Assembly: GCF_009914755.1 (NCBI RefSeq)
Contig: NC_060932.1
Length of the DNA: 64,000 bases
From: the human T2T-CHM13v2.0 reference genome, Homo sapiens
Strand: one strand, 5' to 3'
In this document: positions 29,393-46,544 of the stretch, in pieces
Layout of the letters: each line of letters opens with the position of its first letter
Numbering within the stretch: position 1 is the first letter of the stretch
Made by a program: the position numbers and the translations under genes
The notes under the pieces: model-generated
Told to the model about the DNA's origin: nothing
The model's database searches: none
The model's input: the letters and a program-made list of their open reading frames with translations, nothing else

Positions 29393-31270
29393 ATGAAGAA
29401 GTAGTACCTCACATCTCAATACTAACTTTGAATGTAAATGGCCTAAATGCTCCACTTACAAGATACAGAATAGCAAAATGGATAAGAATTCACCAAGAAA
29501 GTATCTTCTGTCTTCAAGAGACTCACCTAACACATAGGACTCACATAAACTTAAGGTAAAAGGGTGGAAAAAGATATTCCCTGCAAATGGACACCAAAAG
29601 CGAGTAGGAGTAGCTTTTCTTATATCAGACAAAACAAACTTAAAAGCAACAGCAGTCCAAAAAGACAAAGAGGGACGTTTTATAATGATAAAAGGACATG
29701 TCCAACAGGAAAATATCACAATCCTAAATATATATGCACCTAACACTGGAGCTCCAAAATTCATAAAACAATCACTACTAAGAAATGAGATAGATGGCAA
29801 CACAATAATAATGGGAGACTTCAATATTCCACTGAAAACACTATACAGGTCATCAAGACAGAAAGTCGATGAAGAAACAATGGATTTAAACTATATACTA
29901 GAATAAATAAACTTAACAGATATTTATAGAACATTCTACCCAAGAACTGCAGAGTACACATTCATTCACTGGCACATGGAACTTCTCCAAGACAGACCAT
30001 ATGATAGGTCACAAAACAAGTTTCAATAAATTTAAGAAAATTGAAATGATATCAAGTACTCTCTCAGACCACAGTAGAATAAAATTGGAAATCAACTCCA
30101 AAAGGAACCCTCAAAACCATGCAAATACATGGAAACTAAATAACCTTCGCCTGAATGATCATTGGAGGAACGATGAAATCAAGATGGAAATTTAAAAATT
30201 CTTTGAACTGAACAATAATACTGACACAACCTATCGAACCCTCTGGGATAGAGCAAAAGTGGTGCTAAGAGGAAAGTTCATAGCCTTAAATGCCTGCATC
30301 AGAAAGTCTGAAAGGGCACAAAGAGATAATCTAAGGTGACACCTCAAGGAACTAGAGAAATAAGAACCAATCAAACCCGAACCCAACAGAAGAAAAAAAA
30401 TCAGAGCAGAACTAAATGAAATTGAAACAAAAAAATACAAAAGTAAATAAAACAAAAAGCTGGTTCTTTGAAAACATAAATAAAATTGATAGACCATTAA
30501 CAAGATTAACCAAGAAAAGAAGAGAGAAGATCCAAATAAGCTCAATTAGAAATGAAATGGGATATATTACAACCGATACCACAGAAATAAAAATATCATT
30601 CAAGGTTACTATGAACACCTTTATGCACATAAACTAGAAAACCTAGAGGAAATGGATACATTTTTGGAAACATACAACCCTCCTAGATTAAACCAGGAAG
30701 AAATAGAAACTCTGAACAGACCAATAACAAGCAGCAAGATTGACATGGTAATAAAAAAAAAAGTTGCCAACCAAAAAAATGTCCAGGACCAGGCAGATTT
30801 ACAGCTGAATTCTACCAGACATTCAAAGACGAATGGGTACCAATTCTATTGACACTATTCCACAAGTTAGAGAGAGAGGGAATCCTCCCTAAATCATTCT
30901 ATGAAGCCAGTAGCAGCCAAATACAAAAACCAGGAAAGGACGTAAAAAAAAGAAAACTATGAACCAATATCCCTGATGAACGTAGATGTAAAAATCCTTG
31001 ATAAAATACTAGCTAACCAAATTCAACATATCAGAAAGATAATCCACCATGATCAAGTGGGTTTTATACGGGGGATACAGGGATGGTTTAACATATGCAA
31101 GTCAATAAACATGATACATCACATAAACAGAGTTAAAAACAAAAATCACATAATCATCTCAATAGATGCAGAAAAAGCATTTGACAAAATCCAGCATCCC
31201 TTTAGGATTAAAACCCTCAGCAAAATCAGCATAGAAAGGATATACCTTAAGGTAATAAAAGCCATATATG
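29393..31270 (+). pseudogene. Disrupted L1 ORF2p (APE endonuclease to start of RT)
   Basis: Motifs [28 protein letters not shown] and [16 protein letters not shown] in broken frames. Confidence 0.93.
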
Positions 31271-31586
31271 CTTTTCCTGCATCTACATTCATCAGGGTTA
31301 TTGGTCTGTAGTTTTCTTTTTTTGCTATGTCCTTTCTTGGTTTTGGTATTAGGCTGATATTGGCTTCAAAGAATGATTTAGGGAGGATTCCCTCTCTCTC
31401 TCTCGTGGAATAGTGTCAAGTCAATAGAAGTGGTACCCACTCGTCTTGAATGTCTGATAGAATTCAGCTGTGAACCTGTCTGGTCCTGGACATTTTTTGG
31501 TTGGCAATTTTTTTTATTACCATGTCAATCTCTCTGCTTGTTATTGGTTTGTTCAGAGTTTCTATTTCTTCCTGGTTTAATCTAGG
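31271..31586 (-). mobile_element. Inverted L1PB ORF2 segment homologous to 30682-30995
   Basis: Ends gttcagagtttctatttcttcctggtttaatctagg, the reverse complement of cctagattaaaccaggaagaaatagaaactctgaac at 30682. Confidence 0.92.
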
Positions 31587-32294
31587 CAAATCAAAATCAC
31601 AATGAGATACCGTCTCATGCCAGTCAGAATGGCAGTTATCAAAAAGTCAGGAAACAATAGATGCTGGCAAGGCTGTGGAGAAATAGGAATGCTTTTATGC
31701 TGTCGGTAGGAATGTAAATTAGTTCAACCATTGTGAAAGACAGTGTGGCGATTCCTCAAGGATCTAGAACCAGAAATACCATTTGACCTGGCAATCCCAT
31801 TACTGAATATATACCCAAAAGAATATAAATCATTCTACAATAAAGATACATGCACACATGTATTTATTGCAACACTGTTTACAATAGCAAAGAAATGGAA
31901 CCAACCCAAGTGCCTATCAATGATAGACTGGATAAAGAAAATGTGGTACACATACACCATGGAATACTATGCAGCCATAACAAGAAATGAGCTCATGTCT
32001 TCTGCAGGGACATGGATAAAGCTGGAAGCCATCATCCCCAGCAAACTAACACAGGAACAGAATATCAAACACCACATGTTGTCACTCATAAGTGGGAGCT
32101 TAACATTGAGAACACACAGACGCAGAGAGGGAAACAACACACACCAGAGCCTGTGGGGTGTTTGGGGGTGAGGGGAGGGAACTTAGAGGATGGGTCAGTA
32201 GGTGCAGCAAACCACCATGGCACATGTATACCTATGTAACAAACCTGCACGTTCTGCACACGTATCCCATTTTTTTAGAAGAAATAAAGAAAAA
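31587..32294 (+). mobile_element. Older L1PA (approximately PA10-13) 3' end
   Basis: ORF2 C-terminus WRFLKDLEPEIPFD...TMEYYAAI plus 3'UTR ending ttttttagaagaaataaagaaaaaa. Confidence 0.88.
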
Positions 32295-32830
32295 ACGAAA
32301 TTGTGGTACATATATGGTGTATATATATGTATACATGTATATATGTATGTGTATATATGCATATGTGTATGTATATATGTGTATATATGTATGTGTACAT
32401 ATATGTATGTATATATACACATATATACACACACATACATACACACATATATACCATGGAATACTACTCAGCCATAAAGAGGAACCAAATGATAACATTC
32501 GCAGCAACCTGGATGGGATTGGAGACCATTATTCTAAGTGAAGTAACTCAGGAATGGGAAACCAAACATTGTATGTTCTGACTCATAAGTGGGAACTAAG
32601 TTATGAGGATACAAAGGCATGAGAATGATACAATGGACTTTGGGGTCTCAGGAGAAAGGGTGGGAGGGGGGTGAGAAATAAAAGACTACAAATTGGGTAC
32701 AGTGATATTGCTCGGGTGATGGGTATACCAAAATCTCAGAAATTACCACTAAAGAACTTATTTGTGTAACCAAACACCACCTGTTCCCCCCAAAACTTTG
32801 AAAATAAAAAACAAAATAGAATAAAAATGC
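32295..32830 (+). mobile_element. L1PB1-like 3' end with internal (TA/TG/CA)n microsatellite
   Basis: ccattattctaagtgaagtaactcaggaatgg...gtaaccaaacaccacctgttcccccaaaac plus A tail; alternating purine/pyrimidine tract at 32307-32453. Confidence 0.88.
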
Positions 32831-32874
32831 ATATGTAAATAAGTTTAAAAAACAAACAAAAATGAAAGCCAACT

Positions 32875-35930
<3,056 letters not shown>

Positions 35931-35934
35931 AAAA

Positions 35935-36405
35935 AAAGAAAGTGAAATAAAGACTTTTTCAGACCTGCGAAAGCTGAAAAAATTTACCACCAAAGGAAAA
36001 GGATACCTGATGAAAACATAGATTCACACAAAGGAATGAAGATCAAAGGAAATGGTAATTACATGGGTATATATGTAAGGTATTCCTCCTCTTATTATTT
36101 AATCTCTTTTAAATATAATTAACTATTTAAAAACAAATAGTAACCATGTATTTTGGGATTTATTGCATACGCACAAGTAAAATGTATGATAACAACATGA
36201 AAGCTGGAAAGGAAGAAACATAATGTTGTTATACTATGTGTGAAGTGGCAATATACTATCAGTTGAACAAAGACTGTAATAAGATAAAGATGTATACTAT
36301 AAACCTTAAAGAACCTGCAAAATAACAAAACAAACAGTTGTAGCTACCAAGCCAACAAAGGAGATAAAAATTGAATCATAAAAATTAATCTAAAAGAAGG
36401 CAGCA
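35935..36405 (+). mobile_element. Old L1M host fragment (ORF1 end / inter-ORF region)
   Basis: gactttttcagac...aaagctgaaaaaatttaccacca... continues the element broken at 26877. Confidence 0.72.
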
Positions 36406-36944
36406 AAGAGAGCATTGAGCTCTATCAGGAGACCTGAGTTCCAGTCCTATTCTGTCTCTGGCTAATGGTAAGAATGCAGTCAGCTTTTCTCCCTGGATCC
36501 ATTTTCCTCTCTGTAAAGTGAGGTGTTTGGACTAGAGTCTAGTCTAGGAACTGGATGATCTGCAAGGCTCCATGGAGCCCTAACATTCTAAAGCATCAGA
36601 TCTTTTTACCAGAGATCACTGTGGAGGAAAAATTAAATATTCAATTTGAACTCAATTGAACATGGACACAAACAATGGTCACCAAGTCCCAGAACAGGTT
36701 GTGTGAGCCCCTTGAGGCATTCATCCTGCACTGTTTCGGAGAAATCTGTATTTCAATCTATTCCTATACATTAGTTAATGAAAAACAATAGACAGTTGCA
36801 AAAACAAGTTGACCTTTTTGTGTTCCTGGAGCCCAGTCACAAAGGGCCCTCGTGACTGGGCCTCATGTCAAACAACTTGTTACAAAAAGAGCTAGGGTCC
36901 CAGACTCCACCGAAGCTTCATGAGACCTCTCCTCATCTGTGCAT

Positions 36945-37214
36945 TCTGGAGCCCAGGCTGTTGCTTCCCAGTCTGGTGGTGAATCGTCCATAGTCTAGTG
37001 AGTGTAGTGTCTGACTCTGGAGCCCAGGCTGTTGCTTCCCAGTCTGGTGGCGAATCCTCCATAGTCTGGTGGGTGTAGCGTCTGACTCTGGAGCCCAGGC
37101 TGTTGCTTCCCAGTCTGGTGGCGAAACCTCCATAGTCTGGTGAGTGTAGTGTCTGACTCTGGAGCCCCGGCTGTTGCTTCCTAGTCTGGTGGTGAATCCT
37201 CCATAGTCTGGGGA

Positions 37215-37219
<5 letters not shown>
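36945..37219 (+). repeat. 71-bp tandem repeat, ~3.9 copies
   Basis: tctggagccc unit starts at 36945, 37016, 37087 and 37158. Confidence 0.97.

Positions 37220-37291
<72 letters not shown>
37219..37291 (+). repeat. Compound (A)n(AT)n(AC)n microsatellite
   Basis: ~30 A, then ~17 AT, then AC units; a separate (TG)n lies at 37435-37459. Confidence 0.95.
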
Positions 37292-38512
37292 TATTTTTTT
37301 CCTTTCCCCCTTCCCATTGCAAGTTGCTTATTACATCAATCTGCTTATTATATCAATTTGCTTATTATATCATTGGCTTATTATATCTGCATTGCCATTT
37401 ACATGGGATAAAGGTTGTTTATCCTTAAAGGTATTGTGTGTGTGTGTGTGTGTGTGTGTTTTTCTCCCCTCGTGCGTCTTCCGCACAAAACAGTCACCTG
37501 AGACCTTAGAAATGAGAGCTTGGTTGGAGAGTTGAAGGAGGCTGAGAGAAAATGCCATTAGAATTTCCCTGTGGAAGGAAGATTGGATCAGGATTTAAGA
37601 ACCCTGAACTCGAGTCTTCTTCTCTGCTGACCGGCCCAGTGACAGCAGGCATTTAGATTTCTGGACCCTCATCCATGCAGTCAGATGATTGATGAATCCT
37701 CAGGTCCTTGTTGCTTCCAACATTTCAATTTCTGTTTCTAGGTATCATCATCAATTGTTCCCAGGCGCTTAGTCAGTACTCAGTAAAAATAAATTAAAAT
37801 ATGTCTCACAAAGTCTGACCATAGTTTTGAAATTATATTAACCTTTAGGCAATTGTGGATAAAAACATTTCAGCCAAGCCCTGGCTGGATAAAATGAATG
37901 AAGCCAACCAGCAACTTGGCAGGGGAAACTGAATGGTTATCCAAGGCAATGCTTTCTTCTTTCCATCACCATGGTTACACACAAACAATTCCAACTGTTG
38001 AGGGAAGTCTTCAAGACCCAATTCTCCTGCTGAATTTCCAACCCCCGTGCTGCATATGATTTATGCTTTTATCATTAATATCTTCTCTATGCCTGAGTAG
38101 ATTAAAAATAGGAAGGGATGGAAGGAGTATTTTCTGAAATGTAGCATATTGTGACCATTTGAGAAACTACTTTCATGTGGATCTGTTGACTGGGCTTAAA
38201 AATCTGATCTGACTTCTATCTTTGACAAACAGAATCATAGAATTCTTCTTATGACTCCTATCTTTTACTCCCCAGAATTTTGCCACACCACTCACAGCTG
38301 CTGAGATTTTACTAAATTGAAGGTAACTCAGAATTACTACCAAAAAAAAGAAGTTTTTTACAGTGTGCTTTACAGAAAAAGCTCAAAAACAAAATAAGGA
38401 TTTGATATACAATTTCCTTAAAGTCACAACTCAGTTCTTCGTCTTGTTTCTCTGTCCACAGATGTGTTCTCTCATCAAATGTGTCCTTTTTCAAAACACA
38501 ATAAAAATCCCC

Positions 38513-38910
<398 letters not shown>

Positions 38911-39887
38911 CTAGGCGCTTTAGCAGGCAAGAAATTGAAACTCAGCCCAAACCCAATTCACTATTTATTTGTAAATTTATTTTCTTATAATACAGAATGT
39001 CCTCATGTAAGGTTTGGTTAGTTTAGTTCCTCAACAATGTCATCAGAGACTTAAGCTATTTTTCCCTCCCTGCTCTGCTGAACAAAGCATTCGCTTTATC
39101 TTGGGGCTGGTACCCTCCTTGTCAGAGGCTGGGAAAACATATCCTTGATAATATCCAGTGGGAGAAAGGACCTGGTTTTTCTTTGCAGAAACCTCAAGCA
39201 AGACTATTCTCCTTGCTTTATTTGCTATTACATCCTCAATACCTTCAGGGTAGCCATGAAGACCTTCTGCATGCCAGCTGAAAGTTATCTGCATATTCCC
39301 ATTTCCTGGACAAATTGTAATTTTTCTCCATGTTCTTTTAGATTAACACTGATGGGCTTTAAAAATCAGTAATTGACAGAGGTCACAATCTTATGTACAA
39401 GAAGTTTTTAGCCAGATATTTGAAGTATCTAGCATGTGGTAAAAACTCAATAGATACATGTTGAATCAATGAAAGAATAAATGAAGCACATTGCCCTAAA
39501 TTGAGTTGAGCCTGAATCAGTCACTGGTAAGGGAAAGGGGATAACCATCATTACTTTCTCATCCAAGGGGATATGACCATACATCAAATACAATCCCACT
39601 GTAGAGAATCCTTCCTCTAGAGCGCCTTACCCTCACTATATAAAGACTGAAGCAAAAGCTTTGAAATTAAATTATTTTTATGTTAATGTCGGTTTTACTT
39701 CCCCTGCAAGGTTAAAGTTTGGGAAAGGTGCACTCTACTGTAATTTCTGAACATGGAATAGAGGCAGGAGGAGGATCCCTATTCCTTCTACATAAGCAAT
39801 TCCCAAAAGTCAGTGGGGGAGGCACATTCCAGGAAAATTCATTCATTCAAGCTTCAGATGCCCTGTCTTTTGTTCTGATATGTTTTT

Positions 39888-40545
<658 letters not shown>

Positions 40546-41044
40546 CTCACCACCTTCCACATCCCCCCTCTCCTATCTCTGTTTCTAGCATGCAACTATG
40601 ATGAGTTAGTTTTACTAACAACTTACATGAGATTTTATATTCCAAGTAAAGTTTTTCAGAATCTCTCCCAGCACCAAAGACCACCCAGATTAAGGAAGCT
40701 CATAATAGTCTAGGAAGCTCTTTGTCCACCCAGATGGTCAGCTTTTTCAGAACTGAAAACTTTCATGTTTTCATTTTAGAGTTCATCCTGTGCAGTTTGT
40801 GGCAATAGCTCAGAGCCATACCTTTTATCAAATCCCCAGAACGCTATTTCCATCCTTTCCTTTCATCTTTCTGAAGTGTCACAAAGCTACCAGTCTAGAA
40901 ACAGCCATCTAAGTCAACCTCCTCCTGGCTAGACATTTGCAATTTCCAAATGATCGGAGTCACATGTGCCTTCTAGCACCTAGGCCATGAGACATGCATA
41001 CCACCCTGCCTCCTCGGATCTTGCTGCTTCTGCTGCCGATGTCT

Positions 41045-41320
41045 CATTTATTCACTCATTCTATGATGATTCCATTACCATCTATTATTAATTAATATGT
41101 ACTGAGTACATACTCTGTGCCAGGTACTACTCCAGGCTCTAGGAATACAGCAAGGAGAAAATGGACAATGAATGCCCATGTGAAGTGTAATTTCTAATAG
41201 GTGAAAATCATAAATAAACAAAGCATGCCAAGTGTTAATGGAGACCATGGAGGAAAATTAAGTAGGGAGATTAGAGAAAGGGGTTAGTGGGAGTACAATT
41301 TTTGAGGGACAGTCAGGGTA
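41045..41320 (-). mobile_element. L2 3' fragment
   Basis: tcatttattcactcattc...actgagtacatactctgtgccaggtact...ctaggaatacagca. Confidence 0.75.
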
Positions 41321-41569
41321 AGCCAACTTCTGGTTATTACAGCAAAATACAACTACAAACAGTACTTGCTTGCACAAACGCTATTTATTGCTATGAATGG
41401 TGGTAAGTTTTTCTTTTTGATTTTCTAGGATGTGTCATTCCTCAGAATGCTAAATCCTCAGTTTCTCTTCTATTTCCATGAGGCAGCTTCTTTTCCGATC
41501 CTAACCCTTCCACAATCATAATCTTCGCCCTCTTTGGAGCTAATGGTTGCAGGCATTCTCGTGGCTCTG

Positions 41570-41950
41570 CTTGAGCTGTACTTTCTCTGAATATGGTGCA
41601 CAGAACTGATATCCTCCCTATTCCAGATGGGCTGTGAGCAACACGGAATAAAATGGAACCATCATCAGCACAGAACTGACATCCTCCCTATTCCAGATGG
41701 GCTCTGAGCAACACAGAATAAAATGGAACCATCACCTCTGACATTCCTTATTCTGCATACTTTCTTTCTTTTCTTATTTTAAAGATACTTTGCTACCTGA
41801 GAGCATAGATTCAAATTATCCTGAATATAAACTCCTCATATTTTATGTATGCTGGTGTAAACACAATTGTGCCCATTTTTCTCTTCTTTTTTTAATCACA
41901 TTGCACTGTTGACTCATATGGAACCTAGAGTCAGTTAAATTGCTAAGAAA
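41570..41950 (-). mobile_element. CR1/L3 fragment containing a 70-bp tandem duplication
   Basis: tggtgcacagaactga...ttccagatgggct...accatcacctc resembles antisense L3; duplicated unit starts at 41598 and 41668. Confidence 0.6.
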
Positions 41951-42489
41951 TATTTATGGCTCCCAACTCTAACCCCAGGCTCTTTCCACTCTGCAGAGTC
42001 TCCTCCCTCTTGATTTCATTAGCTTTAGGAAAAATTTAATGAGTTAGGGCAGTAGCTGTGGCAGTCAGGACACACAGCACGTAATGACCTCTAGGTATCC
42101 TTTGTGCTCCCTATAACTCTGCCTACTTTATGCTAGAGATTTGATTAACACCATCCCAATCTGCAAAGCTTTAAAGTGCTGAGTTATCATCGGCCTATTT
42201 TTTCCCTGCTAATGTTTAAAAAGAAATCAATTGATGGCAGCTCATGTTTCTGTCCTTTTCGTCTCTTGCCAGAGGTGAATCCCACTGTTTCCGAGAGAGA
42301 ACAGGCTGTGTGCCTGCCCTGCAGCCTCTCCAACTGAGGGTGAAAAGAAAATCCACATTCTCTTCTCACTGCCTTGTGACAATTCAACCACGTGGGATGG
42401 AGGTTAAACCTCTCTAATATCCACTCCCAAGGTGTTCTTTTGTATTATTTGCCTTTCAAAGTCAACAGGGACAAAACATCAAAAAGGCA

Positions 42490-42715
42490 CTAACAGACAG
42501 TGTACTACAGCTGTTACGAGAGTTTAAATCCACCAGTTATTAGCTGTGAAATCATGAGCAAGTTAACCACTCTGACTCTGTTTCCCCTCTGTTAAATGGA
42601 GTCAAAAATAGTAGCTACTTTCCAAGCACACCATAAGCATTAAATGAGCTCACATGTGTAAAGCACTGGATCAGTAACTAGCACATAGCAAATACCATGT
42701 ACGTGTTAGCTTCCA
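42490..42715 (+). mobile_element. MIR SINE
   Basis: tagctgtgaaatcatgagcaagttaaccactctgactctgtttcccctctgttaaatgga...attaaatgag...tgtaaagcact. Confidence 0.8.
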
Positions 42716-42804
42716 TTTGGGGTTAGAATTAAATACATAAATTTGTGGTTTACTTCCAGTTACATTGGAGGCAGATTACTTGCTCTCTGTTTTTCGTAGG
42801 AAAA

Positions 42805-42975
42805 ACGGTGATATAGCAGGTTCTGAAGTCAGACAGATGAATAATATCTGAGCTCAGTTGCATGACCTTGGAAACATTATTTACCTTAGGTAAGCCTCAA
42901 CCTCCTCATCTGCCAAACAGTGGTAATAACACCGCCTTTACAGAGCTGTTGTAAGAATTAGGTGAGTTCAGTGTT
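42805..42975 (+). mobile_element. MIR SINE fragment
   Basis: tctgaagtcagacaga...tgaccttggaaac...aagcctcaacctcctcatctg...gttgtaagaatta. Confidence 0.75.
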
Positions 42976-44455
42976 CATAGGGCTCCTATTGAAAATGCAC
43001 ATTGAGTGTATGGCTTTGGATGCACAAATTGTAATGTTCATCCTTGATGGGAGAAGATGATTGCACAACAATTATGCTTCAGTAGAACCAAAACTTCTTT
43101 CTTGTTTCATGAGAACGTTTGCTTATCAGACTGCACATTTACTTTTCAAAGCTAGCTAGGTGCCTGGCAAAGAATGTTTATAGAGCATACCTCTGTGTGT
43201 AAAACCAAGGGCAACGTGATTCAGACAGCTAACACAGAAGTGAGCCTTGCCCAATAAATGCTTTCACTATACTGCCATCCCTGAATCACTCAAAATGAAT
43301 TTGTGTCCTTGCTCATCTAATTTTCCTAGTAAATATCATCAGTCACCTTGAAGTAGGTCATTCCTTGCTGATAAACAGCCCTTAACAAGGCTATAAGCAG
43401 TCAGTGTTTACTACTTGATCATTAATCCCTAAAAATGCCCTATACCCAAATTCTTAATTGCTTAGACAAATGATTTCTATGGGTGATTAAACATCAGAGG
43501 GAATCTGCAGCAACTGCTAATAGCAAGGTAGTTCTTTGTGACATTATGGCTACTCTCTTCCCTCAATCCCAGGAAAAACTGAGTGAGAAGTTGAGAGAAC
43601 TGTGACGGTCGTGAAGAGGGGGTCAGAAAGTGGGGGCCGTGTCCTGCCTTGTCTTCAGGAGACATGGAGACAACCAATCTGAAGAAAGGGAAAAATGAGA
43701 GAGAAACCGATGGGAACAAATGCAAAATGAAGACAGAGATAGTTGGGATAAGTTTTATTGCTTGTTCCAGCTGTTCCTGGAGGACATCTGCAGTCATGCT
43801 CTGAGATTCTATGAGACTCCCTAGCATTTGAATAATAAGACCTCTTTTTTTCATTAAGCTAGTTAGAAACCTGTCACTGAAAAAACAGAAATTCTAGAAA
43901 ATATATTTTCTTCTTCCCTTTGATACTGCCTTCATGACGGATCATTTAAATCCAAGCACATCTCCTATTTTTCCTTTAAAATAATGTATGTTTCCTCCAT
44001 GTTTATGTTATAGTTAGAGATGAGTGCCTAGGATTTATGCAATCTTGGCATTTCCTGATACTGTCTAATTGTGGGGCTGGGGAGTGGATTATCTTTGCTG
44101 CCAAATGTCAAGAACACCTGGATCTACCTGGAAACATAGCAAGTGCTAATTAAGAAACAATGCCAGGAGTGCAGGCTTGTTCATGCTGCACTTCTCATCA
44201 CTGATCTACTATTTATTACAGGATATGGGTCATTATGGGGATAAGAGAGGTTCTGTATGAGTAGGTAACCCTTTGAAGTGGACTTAAAAAATTGACTTCC
44301 TGCTTCTATGGTGCTGGTGAGAATCCTGGGGTCAGGAGAGCTTCCTAAGATTCTCTATGCAAGGCCAGTTCCTATCTTCCCCACTTTACCTTGGCAAGCA
44401 CAGAGAGACATGGTTACTAAGGGGTAACATCTCCCTGAGGTTGCATCTATGGTTA

Positions 44456-44836
<381 letters not shown>

Positions 44837-45063
44837 CAAGGAAAGGAACAGCAAAAATTTGTTGTGTCTGTGAATGTGAGGCAAGGTGACACAGATTAAA
44901 GTGGAGCAATGACTTCCTGTTCTCTTCCCATATTTCTCACCACTTCCTTCCCATGATCCTATGGCCCTGTCTTGAGGAATTCACTGTAATTATTCTGTCT
45001 GATTCTCCATTTAAAGGCAACTTTTGAGCAAATGTGTAAAGTAGTGGTTCAATGTCCCCCACC

Positions 45064-45865
45064 TGAGACTGAGACAGAACCCCCTCATCAACCCCCTTCT
45101 TAAGGGCCTGCTGGGCCCCACTAGGCATGAAAATAAAGGAAAATCTTGAGTTCCTTCAAGGAAAATGCCAGGCACCTAGCTAGCTTTGACAAATAAATGA
45201 GCAACCTGATAAGTAAGAAAGTAATAATAGCTTAAAACAGTAGCAAAAGAAGTTATAGCCACAAAATACTTGGTTCCCCATAAAAACTAAAGATAACAAC
45301 ATATGTCCTTGAGTTGTTTTCAGAAGCCTGGACCCCCACCAAAGAGAAAATACTGTCCACTGGCACATCAATTTCAGATAAGGGGGAACCGAGGACTGAA
45401 CTCTGACAGTTATTTTTTGTTCTAAATTTATTCTTGAGGGGTCTGAAGGAAGTCATGCCCACAGGCCAGACCTCAACGTTCCTTTCTGCTGACCCCAAGT
45501 TTTTAGACAAAGCTTCACTTCCATAGCCAATCAGAAATCAGGGAATCTTTGAATCTACCTATGACCAGTAAGCCCTCACTTCAAGATACTCCACCCTTTT
45601 AGGCCAAACCAACGTATAACCTCCATACTCGGTTTTGGAATTTTGCCTGTAACATCTGCTTTCCTGAAATGTATAAGCCCTGTCTTTTAAAACCCTTGCT
45701 TGTAAGCAAGCCATCAGGGAGGTCAGCTCTCAAGTGTGAGCTGCCCAATTCTCTTTGCTGGTTGCCCTGTAAATAAACACCCTCCTTTTTCCCCCCAGCA
45801 AAACTTCAGTGTGGATGTTGGCCTTACTGAGCTGGGCAAGCAAACCCCAGTTTGGGTCTGTAACA
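45064..45865 (+). mobile_element. ERV1 (MER4-group, MER49/MER72-like) solo LTR
   Basis: TG...CA termini, 4-bp TSD cacc (45060-45063 / 45866-45869), CCAAT- and TATA-like boxes, AATAAA at ~45772; subfamily from memory. Confidence 0.8.
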
Positions 45866-46544
45866 CACCCACTCATCAAGCTGTCCCTCCGCGCCTAGAG
45901 CCTCAGACTTGACTTCCTTACCAGAGTCTTCATTTCCCCCATCAGGGCCCCAGGCATTTCCAGCCTTACTTCTCCATCCTTCATCCTCATGTCAGTTGCC
46001 TTCCATGTATTCACTGCTCTGTTCTCTGTTGGTTTCCCAGTAAATTATCCCTTTTGTGCAATATACTTTCAAACAAATGTCTGGTGAATAAAATGCCAAT
46101 TTCAAAGAAATGCCTTTCATGGTAGAATTGCAGGCAAAGTGTCAGACAGGTGAGAGAGTGCAGTCTTTTGATGCTCTGGGCATAAATAGCCTGTTATCTA
46201 TGCATTGGACCAGCTTCTACGTCTCTGTATCTGAGTCCACATGTAAGAATTCCATAGTGCAGCAAAGTGCTTAGGCTTATTTTATTTCCTGCTGTTTTGT
46301 ATTTTCGTCTGAAGTTTAAACTGCTCCACAATAATATACTGTTTCACTTAACCTAAAAAGGAAAGCTTGTAATTCAGAATCTTGGGGGTGCTTAAAAGCT
46401 CAGGCTAGAAATAAATATTTATACAAATCCTACAATGTCTAGCACATTCCCTTGCACAAAAAGGGAAAAGAGTGAGGGGAAGGCAAGATTTTATGCACAC
46501 ATACACACATGTATATATGTATTTATATGTGTGTGTGTATGAAT

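Larger units (their letters stand above)
26878..31270 (+). mobile_element. L1PB-type element: 5'UTR, ORF1 and 5' half of ORF2
   Basis: L1PBa-like 5' end (gcagcatgtggagactcacatcatgaactttt...gagagaatccacagaccctttgaa) followed by colinear ORF1 and ORF2 remnants. Confidence 0.92.
36620..37492 (+). mobile_element. ERV1 solo LTR (PABL-like, tentative) with internal VNTR
   Basis: TG...CA termini; 5-bp TSD atcac (36615-36619) / gtcac (37493-37497); start tgtggaggaaaa.ttaaatatt.aatttgaactcaattgaacatggacac recalled as PABL_A/B. Confidence 0.8.

Noticed and set aside
36892-37322. Repetitive 129-141 aa ORFs, or a CRISPR-like array
   Set aside because: These are translations of the 71-bp VNTR and microsatellite. 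The units are contiguous with no unique spacers, and the DNA is primate.
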